Part shown: positions 9,155 through 17,066 of the stretch, piece after piece
Position numbering within the stretch: position 1 is the first letter of the stretch
How the letters are laid out: each line of letters opens with the position of its first letter
Assembly: GCA_963666835.2 (NCBI GenBank)
Contig: CAXXGO010000001.1
Coordinates: forward strand, 928,001-992,000
Direction: 5' to 3'
From: Phycisphaerae bacterium
GTDB lineage: Bacteria > Planctomycetota > Phycisphaerae > UBA1845
DNA: 64,000 nt
The notes under the pieces: model-generated
Told to the model about the DNA's origin: nothing
Seen by the model: only the letters and a program-made list of their open reading frames with translations
Databases searched by the model: none
Translations under genes and position numbers: made by a program

Positions 9155-10284
9155 TCGGCCAACCTCTGCGGAGTCAATGCCGCGACCTCAGCTCCGAGGT
9201 CCACACAGCGGGCTGCGAGCCCGTGGTCATAAAAAGGCTCAGCCTTAGAATCCAAGGCCGCCAGCCCGAGCACGCGCGCTCCGGATTCTCGTATCCGCTT
9301 GATGGCCCCCAGCATCCGATCTTCCGGTGCACCCTCGCAGAAATCCGTGACGAGCACAACGACGGTGCGCGTTGGCTGCCGCACGAGGGACTCGCAGTAC
9401 ATCAGTGCCCGCCCAATGTCCGTACCGCCTCCGAGCTGTACACTCATGAGCACCTCGACCGGGTCACTCGCGACTTCCGTCAGATCAACCACCTCCGTGT
9501 CGAACGCTACCAGACTGACCCGCATGGCCGGCAACGCTTTGAAGATTCCGGCCATGACCGCCGAGTGGATTACCGAATCGACCATCGACCCACTGCAATC
9601 GACGGCCATGATGATGTGCCATTTGATATGGTGCTGAATGCGCGAATGGAAGAACAGCTCGCTGAGGACGATTTGTTTCTTCTCTTTGTCGAAGTTCTTC
9701 AGGTTCGCACGGATGGTTCGACGCACGTTCAGGTTCTTGGCGACCTTGAGCAGACTGCGGCGTTGCCGGTTAAGTCGGCCCCATAGCACCTGTTTGACGT
9801 CCTTCGCAAGTTGGCGAGTAAGGTCTTCAACAACCTGCCGCACAACGCGCCGAGCAGCATCTAGCACATCGGCGTTCATCATGCCGCGGTACGTCAGGAC
9901 GGCTTTCAGCAACTCGTAGTTCGGTTCGAGTTTCTCAAGCACCTCGCGGTCGGTTACCAGTTCTGTCATGCCGTAGCGGTCCAGCGCGTGACGCTCGACC
10001 ACTTCCACCGTCTCTCGCGGAAACAAGTCGCGAACTTCTGCCAGCCAATCTGGGAGAATCAGCACACTGGGATCCAGTCCGCCCCGGCGACCTGCGCCGG
10101 GACGGCGCACGCCCCTCGCGGCGTATTCGCGGCCGTAAAGGTATTGGAGTACGCGGTCCATGCGGTCGTATCGTGAACCTGTCGGCCCCTCCGGCTCCCC
10201 GAGTTGCCCCTCGGCAAAGCGACCGAGTACCAACCGCCATCGCCCTAGCGCGATCATGTCTTCCGGATTACGTGTCTGGCTCAT
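9130..10284 (-). CDS. vWA domain protein, CoxE-like (YehP-like)
   Basis: RWRLVLG N-terminal motif; MIDAS DCSGSM; GGGTDIGRAL; VTDFCEG. Confidence 0.9.
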   Translation of the reverse strand: MSQTRNPEDMIALGRWRLVLGRFAEGQLGEPEGPTGSRYDRMDRVLQYLYGREYAARGVRRPGAGRRGGLDPSVLILPDWLAEVRDLFPRETVEVVERHALDRYGMTELVTDREVLEKLEPNYELLKAVLTYRGMMNADVLDAARRVVRQVVEDLTRQLAKDVKQVLWGRLNRQRRSLLKVAKNLNVRRTIRANLKNFDKEKKQIVLSELFFHSRIQHHIKWHIIMAVDCSGSMVDSVIHSAVMAGIFKALPAMRVSLVAFDTEVVDLTEVASDPVEVLMSVQLGGGTDIGRALMYCESLVRQPTRTVVVLVTDFCEGAPEDRMLGAIKRIRESGARVLGLAALDSKAEPFYDHGLAARCVDLGAEVAALTPQRLAEWLAKALS

Positions 10285-12737
10285 TCCGCACCTCCTGCGG
10301 CTGTCAGCCCGCCGAGCCCATCACGCTTCAGAGTCTGCTTAAGACGAGCTTCAAGGTCTAGCGCCAGTAGCAAATCCCGCTCGGAGAACTGAGCCGTTTC
10401 CGGTACTCGATCTGGTTTTACACCGATGCGATCGGCGACGGTGGCGGACAGTTCGTTGCACTCGCGCGGTGTCAGGTCGGCAAACGCCAGACGCAAGTCC
10501 GGCACCTGCCGTACGAATTGCTCCTCAGGCCACGACCGCAGCACCTCATGAACCGCATCGGTTGCTTCCGGCAGTTGCCGGAACAGGCTGCGCGCAGTCC
10601 GCATAAGGCCGCGTAGGAACGCAGGTCCATCTGATGTGTTCGTACCGACCAGATGACCCCGCAGGTGCCGGATCACCTCCTCGGCCGCCAATTCACCATC
10701 GCCATGCAGCGTACCCGCCGCCGCCCCCCGAATGGCGGCATTACCGCCAACGCTGTTGATCACTTCACGCAACGCACTGTGACGCAACTCACGGCGGACT
10801 GTCGTATCTCCAAGCGTCGTTGCTGATTGTGCCAACGCGTTCAGGGCATTGAGTACGGCTTCCGTTTGCTCCTCGGCCGTGGCCGTCAATTGCGGCAGAA
10901 GGTACACCGCCCGTTCATAAGCCTGCTCCGCCAACGCGGTGACGTCCGTGAGGTTGTGTGCCTCCAGTGGCTCGCGGGAGACATGCAGGGCCAACAACGT
11001 TTCTATAGCCGTTACCAGCGATACGAAATCGGCATCTTGCGCGATCAAGGCCCGTGTGCGCTCCAGGAGTTCCCGCGTGTGCCGATGCAATCCCATCCGA
11101 CATGCCTCGAGCAGCAACGCGGTTGCCACATCGGCACGCCGTCCCTGTCCCTGGGCCTCCGCTTCAGCGAATCGTTCCTGCAAGAGCGCCGCAACCGCCT
11201 CCTCGATGCTTGCGCCATAGACACTCTGTTCAATCAGCGTCGACTCGGCCGCCGGTGACCAGTGATACCGCCACACTTCCTGTATGCGATCCAGGTCCTT
11301 GCCTCCTACGAAGTCCGGGCCACGCACCAGTTCGGCAAAGGGCACGTCGAGGAAACGCAGACGGTAGAAGAACCGCGAGAGCGCGCGGTGCCGCGCTTTG
11401 CGGTAGAGGTCTAGAACAGACTCCCGAGCAACCACCAGATCGAGACCGACCTTCAGGCGTTGCGCTGTTGCGCGGAAGTCCTCGACAATTGGTGGTTGTC
11501 CGGCATCCGGCGGAATATCGCCTACGGCGTCGCCGGCCAGTAGCTGACGCGCGATAGCGAGCACCATGATTCCCTCGATGTCGATGGCACCCTTCACAAA
11601 GCAAGAACGGATCGCATCGAGAGCGTCTTCGCGCGCCGGCCGAGTATGCCCGCGGAGCTCCGCTAGTCGCCTGCAATGCTCCAATGCCCCAATCTCCTCC
11701 GCGACGGAAAGCTCAATGCGCCGCTTGCGACAACGTCGACCCAGCTCAACAAAAAGCCCCGCGATATCTCTGTTGTCCCAAAGGTGCTGATAGAAGGCTG
11801 GGGAAGGCATGCCGGACGCGTAGCCGTTCAGGCGATCGAGTTGCTCGAATCCGTACCGCATCAACACGACGAGCGCATCCTTCTTGGCCACATCGACCTT
11901 GCGTAAAATGCGCGGTTTCGTCTTAGGCAGCGCGACAGAGTGAAACCCGCCGGTCACTACAACGATACGTTTGGCATCTTCGCGTTTGATGGCGGCAGCC
12001 ATGGCGTGTTCGCGTGCCAGAGTACCGTCGGCTTCCAGTGCGTCGGCTGTATCGCCGTGCCTAGCAAGCGCGCAGTAAGTTAGTACGCCGTGCATGAACT
12101 GCGCGGTCGGCATGGACTCGTAGTCCACCTCGTACAGGTGATCCCACAATTCGTCCGGATTCCGCGTTCCACAGCGGCCACACAAAGCCTGCAGGAACCG
12201 GCTATGTGATAAAGCCCGTTCATCAAAGAGGCTCTGGGCTTTATCGCTTTCGCTGGTTCGTCCTGCCCGCACCATTTCCGGATAGGTCAAGTCGATAAAC
12301 CTCGCGGTCGCTCCGACCTCAGCGGCCGCCTGCAAGGCGGCCAGTTCAGGGGAGTAAGAACAGAGAGGGTAGTAGGCCGCATGGCGCCGCGGCAGCGCAT
12401 CGGCAGTGCGCTCAACGTAAGTGGTGTAGATCGCAACTGGGCACTTTGTCTCCGGATGCAGCAGCATCGGGATCAACGGCGTGGCGTCGCGTGGTCCCTC
12501 GATGAGCACAGCCGCCGGCCGCACCTGCCGTATCAGCTTTTCCACATGATAAGCACACGCCGGACTGTGGTGACGCACGGGAAAGTAGATCACCCGCGCT
12601 CCCAAATCAGGCGTTTCCGGCGGCACGAATTTCGGCAAAGCGGCAGGGGGGGCGGACTCGCCGTCATTACCACCATCATTCCGAGCCTTGCGCTGGGTTA
12701 ACGCAGAGCGCGTCGTGCTTTGAAATACTCGTTCCAT
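10281..12737 (-). CDS. DUF5682 family protein (YehM-like)
   Basis: PVRHHSPACA, VLIEGP, YYPLCSYSPE, RE-x-AMA, VVVTGGFH, GYASGMPSP. Overlaps the neighbouring genes; start codon uncertain. Confidence 0.85.
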   Translation of the reverse strand: MERVFQSTTRSALTQRKARNDGGNDGESAPPAALPKFVPPETPDLGARVIYFPVRHHSPACAYHVEKLIRQVRPAAVLIEGPRDATPLIPMLLHPETKCPVAIYTTYVERTADALPRRHAAYYPLCSYSPELAALQAAAEVGATARFIDLTYPEMVRAGRTSESDKAQSLFDERALSHSRFLQALCGRCGTRNPDELWDHLYEVDYESMPTAQFMHGVLTYCALARHGDTADALEADGTLAREHAMAAAIKREDAKRIVVVTGGFHSVALPKTKPRILRKVDVAKKDALVVLMRYGFEQLDRLNGYASGMPSPAFYQHLWDNRDIAGLFVELGRRCRKRRIELSVAEEIGALEHCRRLAELRGHTRPAREDALDAIRSCFVKGAIDIEGIMVLAIARQLLAGDAVGDIPPDAGQPPIVEDFRATAQRLKVGLDLVVARESVLDLYRKARHRALSRFFYRLRFLDVPFAELVRGPDFVGGKDLDRIQEVWRYHWSPAAESTLIEQSVYGASIEEAVAALLQERFAEAEAQGQGRRADVATALLLEACRMGLHRHTRELLERTRALIAQDADFVSLVTAIETLLALHVSREPLEAHNLTDVTALAEQAYERAVYLLPQLTATAEEQTEAVLNALNALAQSATTLGDTTVRRELRHSALREVINSVGGNAAIRGAAAGTLHGDGELAAEEVIRHLRGHLVGTNTSDGPAFLRGLMRTARSLFRQLPEATDAVHEVLRSWPEEQFVRQVPDLRLAFADLTPRECNELSATVADRIGVKPDRVPETAQFSERDLLLALDLEARLKQTLKRDGLGGLTAAGGAE

Positions 12738-13843
12738 ACCTCGTCCGAGTTCGCTCGCCCGCGAACAGCCGTGTCGAAATAGCGTCGAAGCTTCTTCAGG
12801 TCGTCCGGGTTGTCCTTCGTCACTGTGCCGCCGAGGTGTCGCGCGAGGGCGGCTGGAGTGAGCGTCTTGTCGCCGTAGTAATACGAATCCAGCCCCGCAG
12901 AGAGCGTTACCGCCACCGCCTCGGCCGTCGACATTATGGCGGTGGGTTTCTCAACCTGCACTCCGTCTGCGGTGACCCCCTCACGCAGGTCCTGAAACGT
13001 TGTTACGAGCAACTCGATCACCTTCGGCGGACAGGCGACCGGCGCTTGTACCTCGCCGAGCAGACGTTCCGCTTCGCGGGTGACCAGCTCCACCTCCAGG
13101 TTCAGCTCGCGGATGGGGGCAACGGTCTCGAAGTTGAACCGGCGTTTCAGTGCCGACGACATCTCGTGCACTCCCCGGTCGCGAATATTCGCCGTCGCAA
13201 TGACGTTGAAGCCGGGTGCTGCGAGCAGTTGACGATCATCGCCGGTTAGCTCTGGCACGAGAAGGATCTTTTCAGACAGAACCGAGACCAGCGTGTCCTG
13301 AATTTCCGGAGGACAGCGCGTGATCTCCTCGAACCGCACCAGAAGACCCTGCTGCATACCCACATAAAGCGGCGCCTGCACGAGCGCCCGAAGGCTCGGC
13401 CCCTCCGCCAGCAGGAGCGCGTAGTTCCAAGAGTACTTAATCTGGTCTTCAGTCGTGCCGGCAGAGCCCTGTATCGTGTTAGTCGAGTCGCCGGAGATCG
13501 CGGCCGCGAGCAGTTCGGAGAGCATACTCTTGGCAGTACCGGGTTCGCCCACGAGCATAAGACCTCTATTGCCCAACAGCGTCACAATGCACCGATCGAC
13601 CAGCACATCATCACCGTAGAACTTGCGGGCGATGACGGTCTTGTTGCCCGACTTGGACTTCTTGTTAGCCCACTTTGTGGCCGCCAGCCCGTCGGTTCCG
13701 ACGATAAAGGCTCGCACAGCGCGCGGCGATAGTTGCCAACCGGGCGGCTTCGGGTAAGGATCAAACTCCCTGAGGGCCGCCAACTCGTCTCGATAGAGAA
13801 GTTCAGCCGGCTGTCGCAAGACTGCGGTGCTTCTATCACTCAT
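12698..13843 (-). CDS. MoxR-type AAA+ ATPase, YehL subfamily
   Basis: Walker A GEPGTAKS, Walker B VRFEEITR, ATANIRDRGVHEMSSALKRRF; N-terminal PPGWQLSPRAV. Confidence 0.92.
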   Translation of the reverse strand: MSDRSTAVLRQPAELLYRDELAALREFDPYPKPPGWQLSPRAVRAFIVGTDGLAATKWANKKSKSGNKTVIARKFYGDDVLVDRCIVTLLGNRGLMLVGEPGTAKSMLSELLAAAISGDSTNTIQGSAGTTEDQIKYSWNYALLLAEGPSLRALVQAPLYVGMQQGLLVRFEEITRCPPEIQDTLVSVLSEKILLVPELTGDDRQLLAAPGFNVIATANIRDRGVHEMSSALKRRFNFETVAPIRELNLEVELVTREAERLLGEVQAPVACPPKVIELLVTTFQDLREGVTADGVQVEKPTAIMSTAEAVAVTLSAGLDSYYYGDKTLTPAALARHLGGTVTKDNPDDLKKLRRYFDTAVRGRANSDEVWNEYFKARRALR

Positions 13844-14038
13844 GTCGGCGATTCCATTCGTTGTGTCATTAGTATTCGACCGCGGACTCCAAGTACGGAT
13901 TGTGACCGCTACCCGGCATTATTCTTCACGCCGCTCATGCCGCATGCTGCGCGTCCATGGCGGCGCAGGTGCGACCCGCTCCGCCGCCAGAGCGGTTGCC
14001 TCGCAGCTCGTGCTGCAAGGCGCGACTCAAAGATGTCG

Positions 14039-15031
14039 TCACCGCTTCATGCAACACTTCTTGTACTTCTTTCCGGAGCCGCAAGGGCAGAGGGTGTTCG
14101 GACCGACCTTCTCTCCGGCTCTGATCGGAAGACCTTCGCTCCAACCCGGCAAGGGTGCGCGGGAGGTGCTCCGCAAACCGGACGACGTTTGCGTGGATGC
14201 CGCACTCGCTGCCCGATCAACCGCTGAATGCTGTCCGGCGGGCCTTCTGCCTTTCCGGATGATCCTCTTGCCGATCTTCTTGACCTCGTTATACCGGCGC
14301 TTCAGTTCGTTTAGGACGTTGGGGTAAGCAGCCTGCCACTGTCCAGCCAGCGAGGCGGCGTGCGACTCCGAACAGCAAATGAGCTCGTCTATCTCAAGCT
14401 GTCTTCCGAAGGGCAGCGTCGCCCGGAAGAGCTCCGGTGCGACCTCTGAATCGTCTCCGTCTTCCCCGTACCTCAGAAACAGAAGGCTGGCCTTGTTGCA
14501 TCTGCACCGTGGATTGGCGCAGTAGAAATCCTCTACGAGGTAGGTCTGCCCCTCGTATGTGAATGAAAACGAGGGCCGTCTGGTTCCCGAGGCAATCTCC
14601 TCAGGTGTTCGGAAAATGTCGGAGAAGGGAACCAGGATGCCCTGCGTGACCTCTTCGACAGGCATAGTGAAGGAGGCCAGTGCTCTCGCTCTGCTCATGA
14701 GCTTCTCATGCCTCTCCCGGAACGTTGTCTTCATCTCATCGGAGAGGTTGGCGAGGAAGTCCTCCACGAGCCGGCTCGCGAGGTCGCTCAGCTTGGTTCT
14801 CTCGGATAGCGTGTCTTCGCGCCAGGTATCGATATTCAGATAGAGGGAGAACCGTATGGGATCGGGAATCGCCGCCCCGTCCCGGTTCGTCTCCATGAAC
14901 TCCAGGTTGACGATCCGACACGGACAGTCGGGGGTAGTGCAGTATGATTCGGTCATGGCGAAGTAGTGATAATCCGCCGACAATCGTATGACTTCGCGGC
15001 CGGCGTTTACGGATGTGTCTCCCATCGGCAC
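14039..15031 (-). CDS. SEC-C motif protein with a duplicated Cys-rich domain
   Basis: C-terminal GPNTLCPCGSGKKYKKCC (SEC-C); internal repeats YCTTPDCPCR and YCANPRCRCN. Confidence 0.85.
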   Translation of the reverse strand: MPMGDTSVNAGREVIRLSADYHYFAMTESYCTTPDCPCRIVNLEFMETNRDGAAIPDPIRFSLYLNIDTWREDTLSERTKLSDLASRLVEDFLANLSDEMKTTFRERHEKLMSRARALASFTMPVEEVTQGILVPFSDIFRTPEEIASGTRRPSFSFTYEGQTYLVEDFYCANPRCRCNKASLLFLRYGEDGDDSEVAPELFRATLPFGRQLEIDELICCSESHAASLAGQWQAAYPNVLNELKRRYNEVKKIGKRIIRKGRRPAGQHSAVDRAASAASTQTSSGLRSTSRAPLPGWSEGLPIRAGEKVGPNTLCPCGSGKKYKKCCMKR

Positions 15032-15033
15032 CG

Positions 15034-15825
15034 TTACTCCTTGCGTTGCCGTGTCAGCTCACGCCTGCGACGCAGATCATCGAGGTTGTTCCTGGCTAGC
15101 TCATCATCGTCCGGTGCAAGCTCGACAGCCTTCTGCAGGGCTTGCTCCGCTTCGTTGTATCTCCCTGCATCCATCAGGCTCCAGCCCATGTCGTTCAGGA
15201 AGATGTGGTTGCGCGGCTCCAATTCCACCGCGCGCCGGAAATGCTCGACAGCCTGTTCGCGTCGGCCGAGTTTCCCGGCGCAGTAGCCCAGGGTATTGTG
15301 GTAGAGTGGCACCGCCGGATGGTTATCGATGGCCGCAGTGTAGAGCGCGATCGCATTCTCCATATCGTTTCGGTCGATGAGGAAATCGCCAGCCTTATCG
15401 ACGATCGCCGGCAGATCTTCCTTATCGGGCGCCAGGGTCGGGAGCGTGAGAAACATCTGCATGGCCTCGGCCACACGCCCCAACTGATACTCTACTGAAC
15501 CGACAGTGAGCAAAGCAGGTGCACACTCCGGATCGATCGCCAAGGCAAGCACCACTCCTGGACACGGACCCGCGGGTTCGGCCACGGGATAGCCGCTTCC
15601 ACTGGGCAGCCGGGAGATGGCGTCATCGAACATCTCCGTGGCAAGACCTCTGTGGTATTCGTACAGGGCCGCCAAGCGTCTTCTCTCTTGGGGCGCCGAC
15701 TGGTATTCTCTGCGCAAGTTCAGCAGCTCGGTGTCCTCTTCAAGCAAGCGTTGAAACGGAACATCGTGCAGTGTCAAACGTCTCGATTCGTCTCCTTCTG
15801 CAGGCCTGCGCGGAGTGACGTTCAT
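15034..15825 (-). CDS. Tetratricopeptide repeat protein
   Basis: ATG at 15825 follows AAAGGA. TPR-like units: YHNTLGYCAGKLGRREQAVEHFRRAVELEP and FLNDMGWSLMDAGRYNEAEQALQKAVELAP. Confidence 0.85.
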   Translation of the reverse strand: MNVTPRRPAEGDESRRLTLHDVPFQRLLEEDTELLNLRREYQSAPQERRRLAALYEYHRGLATEMFDDAISRLPSGSGYPVAEPAGPCPGVVLALAIDPECAPALLTVGSVEYQLGRVAEAMQMFLTLPTLAPDKEDLPAIVDKAGDFLIDRNDMENAIALYTAAIDNHPAVPLYHNTLGYCAGKLGRREQAVEHFRRAVELEPRNHIFLNDMGWSLMDAGRYNEAEQALQKAVELAPDDDELARNNLDDLRRRRELTRQRKE

Positions 15826-15930
15826 GTCGAAGTCCTTTCGTACTCGCCATCCAGGCTTGGTTCTCACCGGCCCGGAAGCCGCGACCAACGACTGCACGAG
15901 AGTCGTCCGTGTCGGCTGATTCCCTCGAAC

Positions 15931-17055
15931 TTACTGTTTCAGCAAAGCCAGTGCGGCCAGCGGTCGCGCCTGCAAGTTAAGTCGTCCCGCCGTTGCCTCC
16001 CATCGATACACGCTCGCCGTCGATACGCCCAGACGACGGGCAAAGTCGGCTGCGGAGAGACCCAGTTGTCTACGGAGCCGGGCCACGGACTTACCTGTTG
16101 GACGAATCCTCGGCGCAGCGTCGCCCGGGTCTCCGCTCCGCGCCTGGGCACCGGCCTCCACCTGAGCGGGGCTTTTGCGGGTGGCGGCTCTACGTTCTGT
16201 CTTCCTGGATCTCACGGACCGGCTCACAGTCGGCGCAGGTTTGCGCCGCACCGCAGAGCCGGCTTTCCTCTTGGTGCTGGTCGAGGCGTCACGCCTGGCC
16301 GCACGACGACGTTTCCTCGACCGGGTCTTCAGGGCAGGTTGCGGCTCTGCCCCGTCGTCCAGGTCAATGCCGAAGATGTCGCCGAGCTGATCGTCGTCCA
16401 GCCGATCGCCCGTGGCGGTAGCGGCCGGAACGGCCATCTCGGTGGAGATCAGCTCCTCCGCATCGACGTCGCGAAGGAGGAACAACAGCTCCGGCCGGCT
16501 GTCGAGCCGACTGCCAACGCCGTAGAGTGCGGCGGCCACGTGCTTGCACATCACCGCCCAGTCGGGGCAATCGCAACTTAGTTGAATCTCACGCGGTTGC
16601 GGGAACAGACCCTGCGCGCGATCCGTCACCACGGTCATGACCTGGTCGGACAATCGGCCCTGCAGCAACTCCAGCACGGAGCCGATCCGCCCGGAGCATT
16701 TGTTCTTGACAGACCTCCAGGTGGACGGTTTCAGCTTCTTGACGCGGATGCTGATGTTGTATAGTTCGGAACCGATGACGATGGCCTCGATCCGTCCAGG
16801 CTGGATGGCCAAGTGGCATACCGAGCCGTTGCGCACGTAGGTTCGCCCCCGCGGCAAACGGTTCTCGAAATCGGAGAACGATTCCAGATGGTCGCACCAT
16901 CCCTTGCCCCAGAAACTCCGTGCGATCGTCCGTCCTTCGATCTCGATCGGCTGAATGTCCCTGCCCTTCTTACGGAGCTTCCCCATCTCTCGCAAGGCGT
17001 TGGCCCGCCGCCGGGCTACGGGAACATATGGCGCCCACTGTCTCCAAGCCATCAC
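15931..17055 (-). CDS. SWIM zinc-finger protein with a C-terminal XRE-type HTH (partner of the SNF2 helicase)
   Basis: NRLPRGRTYVRNGSV; SWIM CDCPDWAVMCKH; C-terminal ARLRRQLGLSAADFARRLGVSTASVYRWEA. Confidence 0.88.
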   Translation of the reverse strand: MMAWRQWAPYVPVARRRANALREMGKLRKKGRDIQPIEIEGRTIARSFWGKGWCDHLESFSDFENRLPRGRTYVRNGSVCHLAIQPGRIEAIVIGSELYNISIRVKKLKPSTWRSVKNKCSGRIGSVLELLQGRLSDQVMTVVTDRAQGLFPQPREIQLSCDCPDWAVMCKHVAAALYGVGSRLDSRPELLFLLRDVDAEELISTEMAVPAATATGDRLDDDQLGDIFGIDLDDGAEPQPALKTRSRKRRRAARRDASTSTKRKAGSAVRRKPAPTVSRSVRSRKTERRAATRKSPAQVEAGAQARSGDPGDAAPRIRPTGKSVARLRRQLGLSAADFARRLGVSTASVYRWEATAGRLNLQARPLAALALLKQ

Positions 17056-17066
17056 ATCCTCACCTC

